Position numbers and translations under genes: made by a program
From: Caldisericia bacterium
GTDB lineage: Bacteria; Caldisericota; Caldisericia; B22-G15
DNA: 64,000 nucleotides
Direction: 5' to 3'
Assembly: GCA_026414995.1 (NCBI GenBank)
Contig: JAOAHY010000002.1
Span: forward strand, 592 to 64,591
In this document: one piece after another, positions 1 to 9,695 of the stretch
How the letters are laid out: each line of letters begins with the position of its first letter
Numbering within the stretch: the first letter of the stretch is position 1
Notes under the pieces: generated by a model
Database searches by the model: none
Told to the model about the DNA's origin: nothing
Seen by the model: only the letters and a program-made list of their open reading frames with translations

Positions 1-215
1 AAGAACTCTCTTAACCTCTTTGGAAAAAATTTATGTTATAAACCTGTCCCTGATCCAATATCTGCTGCTAATATCCCATGTTCAATATTGGCAACTGCAG
101 TTGCTTTTTCTCTAACTGTTTAAGAAAAAAACCTTTTCGCAATATATCCCAATATTTGTCTATTTTATCAAAATACTCTTTACTTTCCTTAACTAAACTT
201 ATTTTTCTTAATAAT

Positions 216-719
216 TTATATCATATTTATCATATTAATCTTGATTCCAAAATTCTTTATAAAATATTTTTTGCCCCTTTTAATTATTTCATGTCCTTCT
301 TGTTTCAGAAGTTCAATTTGTTTATCAATGCCAATTAAAAATTTTTCATTTAAACTTCCATCATTTTTTATAGTTCTCCAAAAGGGTAAATAATCTTGAG
401 TTTCAATTGACGCATTTGCTGATACAACAACAAATATACCAGTTGTTAATGTACAACAATATTTTGTATTATATTTATTAGCAAGAATCTCACATATTCT
501 ATTCAAAGTAATTAATTTTCCTTCAGGAACCTTTTTCATTATTTCATATACATCAATTGCTGGCGCTAGAACAACAGAATCTCCTTGTTTAGCACCTAAT
601 TTTTTAAGTGCTTTGCTACATGGAAATCTCTCTTCAAAATAAATTATCTTTGGAAATTTTTTATTTTCATGTAATTTTTCATTCCATGATTTTCTTTTAT
701 ATGTCATATTTACCTCCAA
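216..719 (-). CDS. hypothetical protein, possible MGMT/Atl-like alkyltransferase-fold DNA-binding protein
   Basis: 167-aa ORF. The C-terminal 'LPFWRTIKNDGSL' resembles the MGMT_C 'PCHRV...GxLGG' region but with Cys and His replaced. No other motif recognised. Confidence 0.3.
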   Translation of the reverse strand: MEVNMTYKRKSWNEKLHENKKFPKIIYFEERFPCSKALKKLGAKQGDSVVLAPAIDVYEIMKKVPEGKLITLNRICEILANKYNTKYCCTLTTGIFVVVSANASIETQDYLPFWRTIKNDGSLNEKFLIGIDKQIELLKQEGHEIIKRGKKYFIKNFGIKINMINMI

Positions 720-749
720 AAAATTATAATTAAATAATATAATTTTTTT

Positions 750-1421
750 ATGGATTTTAGTAGTATTAAAATAATTAAAAGCAAAAGAAAGAGCTTTTGT
801 ATAGAAATTCTTGATACAAAAGAAATTGTTTTAAGAGTTCCATTAAAAACAAAAGGTGAGGAGATAATAAATTTTCTTTTTAAACATAAAAATTGGATTG
901 AAAGGAAATTAAAAATAATTAAAGAAAGAGAAGATAATTATAAAGAGAAAAAATTTATAGATAAAGAAAAATTTCTTTTTTTAGGAAATTTTTATGAATT
1001 AAAACTTGTTGAAAAACAAAGAAGTTCACTTTTATTTGATAATGGATTTTATCTAAAAATATCAAAAAAGTTGAAGGCAAAAGAGCTTTTTATGAAATTT
1101 TATAAACAAAGGGCAAAAGAGATAATTTATGAAAGAGTAAAATTTTATGCAGATAAATATGGATTTAAATATAATAAAATAAAAATTACAAGTGCAAATA
1201 AAAGATGGGGTTCCTGTGGTGCAAAAGGAAATCTAAATTTCTCTTATAGAATTATTATGGCTCCATTAGAAATAGTTGATTATATTGTTGTTCATGAATT
1301 GGTACATACAAAATATAGAAACCATAAAAAAATTTTTTATGAAGAAGTTTCAAAAATCTTACCAGATTATAAAAACATGGAAAATTGGCTAAAAGAAAAT
1401 GGTTATAGGTTAAAAATATAG
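750..1421 (+). CDS. YgjP-like metal-dependent hydrolase (DUF45/WLM family, HExxH)
   Basis: 223 aa. C-terminal 'RWGSCGAKGNLNFSYRII...VVHELVHTKY' matches the DUF45/YgjP signature with an HExxH zinc site. Confidence 0.7.
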   Translation: MDFSSIKIIKSKRKSFCIEILDTKEIVLRVPLKTKGEEIINFLFKHKNWIERKLKIIKEREDNYKEKKFIDKEKFLFLGNFYELKLVEKQRSSLLFDNGFYLKISKKLKAKELFMKFYKQRAKEIIYERVKFYADKYGFKYNKIKITSANKRWGSCGAKGNLNFSYRIIMAPLEIVDYIVVHELVHTKYRNHKKIFYEEVSKILPDYKNMENWLKENGYRLKI

Positions 1422-1475
1422 ACATTTGAAACTTTTTATCAAATTTAAAGTTTAGTTAAATAGAGGAGGTAAGGT

Positions 1476-1808
1476 ATGAGTAAGAAGCTTTTAATTATAA
1501 CATTAATTTTAACAATATTAGTTATAGGTTCAATAACATTATATTTTAAAATTAGGAATGCTGAACAGGGAGATTTTGAAAATGGAGAAATTATAATGAA
1601 AGGTACTATAAAATATATTGACCTTGAGGGTGGTTTTTATGGAATAGTTGGAGATAATGGTAAAAATTATTTACCTATTAACCTTTCACAAGAATTTAAA
1701 ATAAATGGACTAAGAGTTAAATTTGAGGGGAAAATAAGGAATGATGTAATGACAATTTATATGTGGGGTACACCAATCGAAATAATAAAAATAGAAATAA
1801 TTAAATAA
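1476..1808 (+). CDS. hypothetical membrane-anchored protein
   Basis: 110 aa. N-terminal hydrophobic helix (LLIITLILTILVIGSITLYF) followed by a Gly-rich beta-like region. SD 'ggaggt' lies upstream of the ATG. Confidence 0.4.
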   Translation: MSKKLLIITLILTILVIGSITLYFKIRNAEQGDFENGEIIMKGTIKYIDLEGGFYGIVGDNGKNYLPINLSQEFKINGLRVKFEGKIRNDVMTIYMWGTPIEIIKIEIIK

Positions 1809-1816
1809 ATTTCAAG

Positions 1817-1845
1817 TTGACATAATATATTTCTTTTTATATATT
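1817..1845 (+). promoter_or_regulatory. sigma70-like promoter (TTGACA, 17-nt spacer, TATATT) for ppcA; predicts a near-leaderless mRNA
   Basis: TTGACA at 1817-1822 and TATATT at 1840-1845. The ATG of the downstream CDS is at 1856 with no SD in between. Confidence 0.4.
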
Positions 1846-1855
1846 TAATTTTATT

Positions 1856-3319
1856 ATGATAAGGAAGATTCCGAGGTGCATGAGCACACAACATCCTGAT
1901 AATGTTAATCCACCATTTTTTGCAGAAAATTCAGAAATGGGTGGAGAAGATGAGATAAAAGAGGCCTATTATGTTTTTTCACATCTTGGATGTGATGAAC
2001 AAATGTGGGATTCAGAAGGAAAAGAAGTTGATAATTTTGTAGTTAAAAAACTTTTATCAAAATATGAAAACTATTTTAAAGAAAAGATTTTAGGAAAAGA
2101 TGTTTTTATAACTTTAAGAGTTCCTAATCCAGAAATAGAAAAGGCTGAGTCAAAAATTTTGATAGAAACACTTGAAAGTATTCCAAGATCATTTGACGCA
2201 AATAAATTATTTTACAATTCTGAAGAACCTCCTATTTTTGAAGTTATTCTTCCTATGACTTCTAATTCAGAGAGTTTAAATAGAATTTATTATTATTATA
2301 AAAATTTTGTTGTTGGTAAGGAAAAATATTGTCTTTATGATGGTGATATAAAAGTTTGTGAATGGATAGGAGAAATAAATCCTAAGGAAATTAATGTAAT
2401 TCCTCTATTTGAAGACATTGAACAAATGTTAAATTCTCATTTAATTCTTAAAGAATATTTAAAAGATAAAAAAATAAATTATCAAAGAGTATTTCTTGCA
2501 AGGTCTGATCCAGCTTTAAATTATGGATTAATTAGCGCTGTATTAATTAATAAAATAGCTTTAAAAAAGTTATTTGAATTATCTAAAGAACTTGATATAA
2601 AGATTTATCCAATTTTAGGAACAGGACCTTCTCCATTCAGAGGAAACTTAAATCCTGATAGAGTAAAAGAGGTTTTAAATGAATACAAAGGAGTTTATAC
2701 ATTTACAATACAATCTTCTTTTAAATACGACCATCCACCAGAAAAAGTAAGAGATGCAATAAATGAGATTAAAACAAGTATTTGTTCTGAACCAGAAAAT
2801 ATAGATGAAGAGAAGATTTTTGAAGTTGTAAAAAATTATTCAAATGAATATCAAAAACAATTAATAGAGTTAGCACCAGTTATAAATTTAATATCTAAAT
2901 ATGTTCCAAAAAGAAGAAAAAGAAAACTACATATTGGACTGTTTGGATACTCAAGAGAAAAATTTGGTGTTAAACTTCCAAGGGCTATACCATTTGTTTG
3001 TTCTATGTATTCTATAGGCTTTCCTCCAGAAATATTGGGAATTAACTCATTAACTAAAGACGATATTAAATTTATAAGAAATTTTTATAAAAACTTTAAT
3101 TTAGATTTAAAAGATTCATTAAAATTTATTAATTTTGATTCAAAATATATACCTAATAAAATATTAAGAAAGTTAGATGAACTAGAAATTGATTTTGAAT
3201 TTGATAAAGAACACAAAGAAATAACTGATTTTATAATTGATGCAATTCAAAAAAATAAATATGAAGTAATTTCAGATTTAATTTTAAAATCAGCATTAAT
3301 TAGAAAGTTTTTAGGTTAA
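1856..3319 (+). CDS. ppcA: phosphoenolpyruvate carboxylase, archaeal type
   Basis: 487 aa. N-terminal 'IPRCMSTQHPDN' is the hallmark of archaeal-type PEPC (about 480-540 aa), distinct from the 900-aa bacterial Ppc. Confidence 0.85.
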   Translation: MIRKIPRCMSTQHPDNVNPPFFAENSEMGGEDEIKEAYYVFSHLGCDEQMWDSEGKEVDNFVVKKLLSKYENYFKEKILGKDVFITLRVPNPEIEKAESKILIETLESIPRSFDANKLFYNSEEPPIFEVILPMTSNSESLNRIYYYYKNFVVGKEKYCLYDGDIKVCEWIGEINPKEINVIPLFEDIEQMLNSHLILKEYLKDKKINYQRVFLARSDPALNYGLISAVLINKIALKKLFELSKELDIKIYPILGTGPSPFRGNLNPDRVKEVLNEYKGVYTFTIQSSFKYDHPPEKVRDAINEIKTSICSEPENIDEEKIFEVVKNYSNEYQKQLIELAPVINLISKYVPKRRKRKLHIGLFGYSREKFGVKLPRAIPFVCSMYSIGFPPEILGINSLTKDDIKFIRNFYKNFNLDLKDSLKFINFDSKYIPNKILRKLDELEIDFEFDKEHKEITDFIIDAIQKNKYEVISDLILKSALIRKFLG

Positions 3320-4227
3320 AGTCTTTTATTATTTTTCATTTGATACATTAATTCTTCTGCTAAAGTTATTATTTCATTTAAATTTAATTCTTTAAAATTT
3401 TTTATATTAACAATTCCGTATGAAATATAAATATTATTTTTATTAAGTATATCTTCAATTCTCTTTATAATATTTTCTCCTTGTTCTTTATTTGTATTTA
3501 TTAAAAATAACAAAAACTCATCTCCACCATATCTTATTAACTTATCTATATCATTTCTTATTAAATTTTTTACAATTTTTACAAAATTTTTTAGAACTTC
3601 ATCTCCAAAATTGTGTCCATACTTATCATTTATATGTTTAAAATTATCTATATCAATAAAAACAACACTTAAATCCTCATCATATCTTACTGCTCTTTTG
3701 TAATCTGATATTCCAAACTCATCTAGGTACTTTCTATTATATGCATTTGTTAAATGGTCGTGATATGATAAAAATTCTAATTCTTTTGTCTTTTTTAATA
3801 ACTCTCTATTTAATCTTGCTATCTCATTTGATAATTCTGCACTCTCTTTCAATAATCTCTCTTGCTCAAATTTTAGATTTGCAATGACCTTTGAATAATC
3901 TCTAATTATATCTGTTTGATCTCCAAGAAAATAATTATATGAATTGAAGAATTCATTGATTTTATTCTCTATAATAAAAATAATTATTTTATCGTATATC
4001 TTAACTCCTGATATAGTGGCTAAAAACTCAATTTGGTCTATTTTTATAAATACTTCTGTAGGAGATAAAAATTTATCTTTATTAAAATTTTCTAAAATAT
4101 TATTATAATCTTTTCCATGAAAGTTAAGTATATTAAAAACATTTTCAGATTCTAAATTAAAATTTAAATTACTAAAAGATTTTAATATTTTACCATTTTC
4201 ATCTAAACAACATATAATCCAATTCAT
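3316..4227 (-). CDS. diguanylate cyclase (GGDEF domain) with uncharacterised N-terminal sensor region
   Basis: 303 aa. 'RYGGDEFLL' active site with GGDEF-domain context (HDHLTNAYNRKYLDE). The N-terminal 150 aa carry no recognisable domain. Confidence 0.8.
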   Translation of the reverse strand: MNWIICCLDENGKILKSFSNLNFNLESENVFNILNFHGKDYNNILENFNKDKFLSPTEVFIKIDQIEFLATISGVKIYDKIIIFIIENKINEFFNSYNYFLGDQTDIIRDYSKVIANLKFEQERLLKESAELSNEIARLNRELLKKTKELEFLSYHDHLTNAYNRKYLDEFGISDYKRAVRYDEDLSVVFIDIDNFKHINDKYGHNFGDEVLKNFVKIVKNLIRNDIDKLIRYGGDEFLLFLINTNKEQGENIIKRIEDILNKNNIYISYGIVNIKNFKELNLNEIITLAEELMYQMKNNKRL

Positions 4228-4228
4228 T

Positions 4229-5266
4229 TTAATTTAAAAAACTTTTAATCACATCAACTGCTTGTGAAGCATCTGAACCAAAACCATCAGCACCAATCCC
4301 TTTAGCAATTGAATAATTTAAAACACCTCTTCCGCCAACAATAATTTTTGAATCTTCTTTTATATTTTTTATTAATTCAATTAGTTTTTGTAAATTAGGT
4401 AAATTCAACATTAAAGTAGCCGATAGTGCAAAATATTTAAAATCTTTATTTTTAATTAACTCTATTATTGCATCTATAGGTGTATTTGAACCTATAAAAA
4501 TCGTATCCATTCCTTCAAATTCTAAAAAATCAGCAACCATTCTTGCTCCAAGTTCGTGAAGTTCATTTTGACTACATATAACAACAATTTTAGGAGCATA
4601 GGGATCAAAGGTTAAAAATTCTCTGTAAATTCTTGATATTATCCATTGAATTAGATTTGTTACATAATGTTCATGAGCAACTGTTATTTTATTTTTTTGC
4701 CATAGTTCGCCTATTTTATAGAGGGTTTTTTGAAATATCTCTAAATATATATCTTTAATATTTATTCCTTTTTTTAATAAACTGTTAATTAATTCAAACG
4801 CTTTATCTTTTTCCATATTTAATGAATAATTTAGAAAATCGGTAAAATAATCTTCAAGTTTTGTTTTTACTTCCTCCTCTTTTATTTGATTATATTCTTT
4901 TAAAGAAGTATTATAAATTTCTTCTGTTTTTAATGCTAAATCTCTTTCAAAATATTTTTTAATATAATCTAACAAAATTTCATAACTAGTTAAAACGCCT
5001 TTAAAATTAAGATTGTAATTATCAAATAAAATTTTCAACCAATTTAAATATCTTACAAAAATGGTTCTGTCATTATAAGAGACTGACACAGCAAGATGAT
5101 CATAATTGTAATTTAAATCTCTTTTTGTTACATTTTCTAAATATTGGGTTTTGAAATTTTCTGGTAATAGAGTTTTAAGTTTCTCATTAGTTTCTGATAA
5201 TACTAAATCTTTCAATTTTTGAAACTCTTCATAAATTCTTAAACTAAATAACATTTCACCCTCCAA
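4229..5266 (-). CDS. cobalamin (B12)-binding domain protein with helical cap, no DNA-binding domain
   Basis: 345 aa. C-terminal Rossmann-like B12-binding module 'IVVICSQNELHELGARMVADFLEFEGMDTIFIG...ALSATL' uses an ExHxxG variant of the DxHxxG motif. It is preceded by a B12-binding_2-type helical cap (WQKNKITVAHEHY). Only 1 nt separates it from the downstream GGDEF gene. Confidence 0.65.
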   Translation of the reverse strand: MEGEMLFSLRIYEEFQKLKDLVLSETNEKLKTLLPENFKTQYLENVTKRDLNYNYDHLAVSVSYNDRTIFVRYLNWLKILFDNYNLNFKGVLTSYEILLDYIKKYFERDLALKTEEIYNTSLKEYNQIKEEEVKTKLEDYFTDFLNYSLNMEKDKAFELINSLLKKGINIKDIYLEIFQKTLYKIGELWQKNKITVAHEHYVTNLIQWIISRIYREFLTFDPYAPKIVVICSQNELHELGARMVADFLEFEGMDTIFIGSNTPIDAIIELIKNKDFKYFALSATLMLNLPNLQKLIELIKNIKEDSKIIVGGRGVLNYSIAKGIGADGFGSDASQAVDVIKSFLN

Positions 5267-5295
5267 TTTAATAAATTTAAATTAAATCACTTTAA

Positions 5296-6165
5296 TTATA
5301 TACCCTTTATTAGATTTTTTATTTTATTTATTAATTCATCCTTTATTTCATCATCCATCAAAGAGAAGTAAATATTTGAAACTAAATAGTCAACTTTATT
5401 TCCAATATCAAAATGTATATCATCTATTTCATAACCATATATATCTAAATTTCCCAATAAATTTTTGATTGCATCTGTTAATTGTAATTCATTATTTTTG
5501 CCAGGTTTTAAACTTGGTATAACCTCAAAAATCTCTGGTAAAAGAATATATCTTCCTATTATAGCTAAATTTGAAGATGTTTCTTTTTTATTCGGTTTTT
5601 CAATTAGATTTTTTGCTTTAAATAAACCTTTTTCTATTTCATCGCCTTCAATTATTCCATAATTTTGAACTTTATTATAATCTACTCTTTTAACTCCAAT
5701 AATTATTCCTTTAAATTTTTCAAACACTTTTATTAATTTTAAAAGAGGTGGTTCTTTATAGAAAAAAATATCATCTGCAAGAAGTAGGGCAAATGGTTCA
5801 TTGTTGACAAAATCTTTAGCTAAATAAACTGCATCAGCAAGGCCTTTTGGTTCTTTTTGTCTTATATAGTAAATTTTACCTATTTCGTATATTTCCTTAA
5901 GTTTTTTTATTAAATCTATCTTGTTTTCATTTTCGAGTTTCTTCTCAAGTTCATATGAATAATCAAAATATGCTTCAATTGATTCTTTCCCTTTTCCAAT
6001 AATAAATAAAAAATTATCTATTCCACTCTCTTTTGCTTCAATCAAAACATGATGTAGGGAGGGTTTATCATAAATTGGTAACATTTCTTTTGGTTGTGAT
6101 TTTGTTATAGGAAGTAGTCTTGTTCCTAAACCAGCCAAAGGTAAAACGCCTTTTTTTATTTTCAT
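5296..6165 (-). CDS. galU: UTP--glucose-1-phosphate uridylyltransferase
   Basis: 289 aa. N-terminal 'GVLPLAGLGTRLLPITKSQPKEMLPI' nucleotidyltransferase signature typical of GalU. Confidence 0.8.
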   Translation of the reverse strand: MKIKKGVLPLAGLGTRLLPITKSQPKEMLPIYDKPSLHHVLIEAKESGIDNFLFIIGKGKESIEAYFDYSYELEKKLENENKIDLIKKLKEIYEIGKIYYIRQKEPKGLADAVYLAKDFVNNEPFALLLADDIFFYKEPPLLKLIKVFEKFKGIIIGVKRVDYNKVQNYGIIEGDEIEKGLFKAKNLIEKPNKKETSSNLAIIGRYILLPEIFEVIPSLKPGKNNELQLTDAIKNLLGNLDIYGYEIDDIHFDIGNKVDYLVSNIYFSLMDDEIKDELINKIKNLIKGI

Positions 6166-6245
6166 AATTTTATTTTAATATATTTTATAAAATTTATTTG
6201 AAAATAATTTTCAATTTGGTATAATTTCAAATTAGGAGGTGAAAT

Positions 6246-6923
6246 ATGAGTTGTTGTGAAGAAAAAAATGGAATGCCTTTACTAGGTGATAAGTTCCCTG
6301 AAATGAAAGTTTTAACAACACATGGAGAGATTGTTTTGCCAGAATATTTTAAGGGTAAATGGTTTGTTCTATTTTCACATCCAGCTGATTTTACACCAGT
6401 TTGTACAACAGAATTTGTTGCGTTCCAAAAAAGATATGAAAAGTTTAAAAAATTAAATTGTGAATTAATTGGTTTATCTATTGATCAAGTATTTTCTCAT
6501 ATTAAATGGGAAGAATGGATAAAAGAGAAATTGGGGATTCAAATTGAATTTCCGATTATTGCAGATACAGGGAGTGTTGCAAATAAACTTGGTTTAATAC
6601 ATCCTGGAAAAGGAACAAATACTGTAAGAGCTGTTTTTGTTGTCGATGATAAAGGAATAATAAGAATAATATTCTATTATCCTCAAGAACTTGGAAGAAA
6701 CATTGATGAAATTCTAAGAGCAGTTGAGGGAATGCAAGTTTCTGATAAATATGGAGTTGCAATGCCAGCTATGTGGCCAGATAGTGAAGTTGTTGGAAAA
6801 GATCATGTAATAGTTCCACCAGCAAAGGATGTAAAAACAGCAATGGAAAGGTTTGAGAGAGCAAAAAAGGGTGAATTTGAATGTATTGATTGGTGGCTAT
6901 GTCATAAAAAACTTGAAAAGTAA
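6246..6923 (+). CDS. peroxiredoxin (Prx6-like/archaeal-type, 1-Cys/2-Cys)
   Basis: 225 aa. 'FTPVCTTEF' peroxidatic-cysteine motif and AhpC/TSA fold. Strong SD 'aggaggtg' upstream. Confidence 0.85.
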   Translation: MSCCEEKNGMPLLGDKFPEMKVLTTHGEIVLPEYFKGKWFVLFSHPADFTPVCTTEFVAFQKRYEKFKKLNCELIGLSIDQVFSHIKWEEWIKEKLGIQIEFPIIADTGSVANKLGLIHPGKGTNTVRAVFVVDDKGIIRIIFYYPQELGRNIDEILRAVEGMQVSDKYGVAMPAMWPDSEVVGKDHVIVPPAKDVKTAMERFERAKKGEFECIDWWLCHKKLEK

Positions 6924-6968
6924 AATTAATCAAATTGGTTTAAAACTTTTATTGATTAACAAAATTTA

Positions 6969-6996
6969 TTGCCCTGGTTAACCAGGGCAATTTTTT
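6969..6996 (+). terminator. rho-independent terminator after the peroxiredoxin gene
   Basis: 9-bp GC-containing stem ttgccctgg/ccagggcaa with a ttaa loop, followed by TTTTTT (6991-6996). Confidence 0.6.
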
Positions 6997-7051
6997 AATA
7001 TAATTTATTATAATTAAAATCTATTTTTGAATAGTTTGGAGGGTTTTAAAA

Positions 7052-7830
7052 ATGAGTTATAAAAAAATTCTTTTGCTTTTAATAATAAACTTAATTTTGT
7101 TTAACTTTAATTTAATAATTAAATATAAAAATTTAAATGCACAAGAGGGTTATTGGGTAAAAATAACTGATGAAACATATGGTGGTTATATAAATTATTT
7201 TGAAATAGATCCTATAAATCCAACATAATTTATTATCTAACAAATTATGGACTTTTTAAATCAATAGACGCTGGTAAAACATGGGAAAATAAAGGATTAA
7301 TTGATTATAACCTAAATTCAATAGAAATAGATAGAATTAAACCAAAAATTTTATATATATAAACAGAAAATGGTGGTATTTTAAAAAGCACAAATGGTGG
7401 CGAAAATTTCTTTGAAATAAATAAGGGAATTGAAACTCAAGATATAAAGTTTGTGAAAATTGATAAAAACAAATGAAGGTGGGAAAATTACTCCTTCTGG
7501 AGAGATTAATGTTGAATTTGGTTCTTCTATTGAATTTATAATTATTCCTGATAGTGGTTTCTTAATTAAAGATGTTTATGTTAATGGAGAATCTTTTGGC
7601 CCTGTTAAAAGTTTAAAGTTTCTTTAAAATTAACCACAATTGAACTATGGATTGGAGAAAAAATAGCAAGAGTAAATGGAATAAATACTCCAATTGATCC
7701 AAACAATCCAAAGGTTGTTCCAATGATTATTCAAGGAAGAACAATGCTTCCAGTAAGATTTGTTGCTGAAAATCTTGGATGTAAAGTTGAGTGGGAGTCA
7801 ACAACAAAAACAGTAACTATTATTTATGAA
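7052..7830 (+). pseudogene. degraded remnant of a secreted surface protein (BNR/Asp-box repeats plus copper-amine-oxidase-like N-terminal domain), multiple frameshifts and stops
   Basis: At least five short pieces in different frames: signal peptide piece (7052-7228), two BNR Asp-box pieces ('KSIDAGKTWEN', 'KSTNGGENF'), an Ig-like piece, and a C-terminal 'RVNGINTPIDPNNPKVVPMIIQGRTMLPVRFVAENLGCKVEWESTTKTVTIIY' Cu-amine-oxidase N-terminal domain. No intact ORF of 60 aa or more across 900 bp. Confidence 0.6.
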
Positions 7831-7835
7831 TTTTT

Positions 7836-8381
7836 CTAATGCTCAATTATTCCATAACCACCAGTTACTGGATCTTTAAATAGAAAATTTTTAAGTGGGA
7901 AATAGGTAAAAATTGAAAATAGAGAAAAGATAATTATAAATAGAATAATTGAAATTATTATATAATTTTTTCCTAAATTTTCTTTTTTAATTAAAAATTT
8001 GTATGCAACATATTCACCAAGAAAAACAGAAAGCACAAATATAAAAATGTCCCAAATTAATGAATTGCTTTTAAATAAAATTTTATAACCATAAAAAAGA
8101 ACTATAATAGTTATTGGCATTATATAAAAACCTATTACTTTTCCAAAAAAATAATTTTTTACATGTTTTTTAACAAAAGGATATTCAATAATTGAAAAGA
8201 TTAGAGCAGGGAAAAATGCAAGTTTTAAATGTTCCCAAGTACTCTCATTAACTGCTGCAAAATATGCAACAATTATTGAGTTTCCAGATAATTCAAACAA
8301 GAAATGCAAAAAGGACCCTAAAAATACTGTAAACAAAAAGGCAAATAATTGCCATTTAAATATAAACTTTTTATCACTCAT
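7836..8381 (-). CDS. hypothetical polytopic membrane protein
   Basis: 181 aa with about 5 predicted TM helices. No diagnostic motif. Confidence 0.4.
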   Translation of the reverse strand: MSDKKFIFKWQLFAFLFTVFLGSFLHFLFELSGNSIIVAYFAAVNESTWEHLKLAFFPALIFSIIEYPFVKKHVKNYFFGKVIGFYIMPITIIVLFYGYKILFKSNSLIWDIFIFVLSVFLGEYVAYKFLIKKENLGKNYIIISIILFIIIFSLFSIFTYFPLKNFLFKDPVTGGYGIIEH

Positions 8382-8440
8382 AAAATCTCCTTTAATTAAA
8401 TTTTATCATTAATATGCTAATATAATGATTAGGTGATAAA

Positions 8441-8656
8441 ATGAAAAATTTAGGAATTTATGTTTTTATTGTTGGTTTAGCACTTTTTGTGGGTTATATA
8501 GTTTATTCAATAATAACATTTTTATTTAAATTTACTCTCCCTATTGTTTTAGAAATAGCAATAATTTTAATTTTTACAGGATTTGTAATAATTCTTATTT
8601 CATTAATAATAGAAAGATTAAAGAAGGGTAAAGAAGAGGGAATAGATAAATATTAA
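8441..8656 (+). CDS. small membrane protein (2 TM), hypothetical
   Basis: 71 aa, two hydrophobic helices, immediately upstream of the ybjQ-like gene. Confidence 0.35.
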   Translation: MKNLGIYVFIVGLALFVGYIVYSIITFLFKFTLPIVLEIAIILIFTGFVIILISLIIERLKKGKEEGIDKY

Positions 8657-8666
8657 GGAGGTTATT

Positions 8667-8987
8667 ATGATTTTAACTACATGTGATTATGTACCAAATA
8701 AAAAAGTAAAAGAAGTTTTAGGAATTGTTCTTGGAAATACTGTTAGGGCAAAAAGTTTTGCAAAAGATTTTACTGCTGCACTTAAAAATTTAGTTGGAGG
8801 AGAAATATCTGAATATACAGATCTTTTAAGAGAAGCAAGAAGTCAAGCACTTTATCGAATGGAAGAAGAAGCAAGAAAGATTGGGGCAGATGCAGTAATT
8901 AATGTAAGATTTGTAACTGCAAGTGTTATGCAAGGCGCAGCAGAACTTCTTGCATATGGAACTGCGGTAAAGCTTGAAGATATTTAA
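8667..8987 (+). CDS. YbjQ family (UPF0145) heavy-metal-binding protein
   Basis: 106 aa. 'MILTTCDYVPNKK...GGEISEYTDLLREAR...AVINVRF' is typical UPF0145. SD 'aaggaggt' upstream. Confidence 0.8.
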   Translation: MILTTCDYVPNKKVKEVLGIVLGNTVRAKSFAKDFTAALKNLVGGEISEYTDLLREARSQALYRMEEEARKIGADAVINVRFVTASVMQGAAELLAYGTAVKLEDI

Positions 8988-8990
8988 AAT

Positions 8991-9695
8991 TTAAATTAAT
9001 CCATTTTCCTCTAAAAAATTTTTATCATTTAGTACTTTATCTGTTTCTCCTATTTTTAATATCTTTCCATTATTTAATAGAATAATTTTATTACATAATT
9101 CTTTTACCATATCAAAGTCATGAGATACAATAATTTTTGTTCCATCAATTTTTTTAATTATCTCAATAATTCCTCTTCTTGATTTAGGATCAAGTCCTTG
9201 AGTAGGTTCATCAAATATAACAATTTCTGGTTTCATTGAAATAACTGTTGCTATAGAAATTTTCTTTTTTTCACCAAAACTTAAATGATGAGGGAAGTAA
9301 TTTTTATATTGAATCATATCTATTTGTTTTAGTGCCTCATCAACTCTTTTTATTACTTCATCTTCTTTTAAACCAAGATTCAAAGGACCAAAAGATACAT
9401 CATCAAAAACAGTTGGAGAAAAAAGTTGATCATCAGGATTTTGAAAAACAACTTGCATTCTTTTTCTAATTTCTTTTAAATTACCTTTTTTTAATGGTAT
9501 ATCAAAAATTTTAATAACTCCTTCACCTTTTAATATTCCAACAAGATTTAATATAAGAGTTGTCTTTCCAGAACCATTAGGTCCAATAATTCCAACAATT
9601 TCCTTTTCATAAATTTCAAAACTTATATCTTCTAATTTAAAATTAGTTTCTTCATAAGAAAAATTCAAATCTTTAACTTCAATTACTTTTTTCAT
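8991..9695 (-). CDS. ECF transporter ATPase (CbiO/NikO-type ABC ATP-binding protein)
   Basis: 234 aa. Walker A 'GPNGSGKTT', ABC signature 'LSFGEKKKISIA', Walker B 'IVIFDEPT'. Confidence 0.8.
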   Translation of the reverse strand: MKKVIEVKDLNFSYEETNFKLEDISFEIYEKEIVGIIGPNGSGKTTLILNLVGILKGEGVIKIFDIPLKKGNLKEIRKRMQVVFQNPDDQLFSPTVFDDVSFGPLNLGLKEDEVIKRVDEALKQIDMIQYKNYFPHHLSFGEKKKISIATVISMKPEIVIFDEPTQGLDPKSRRGIIEIIKKIDGTKIIVSHDFDMVKELCNKIILLNNGKILKIGETDKVLNDKNFLEENGLI

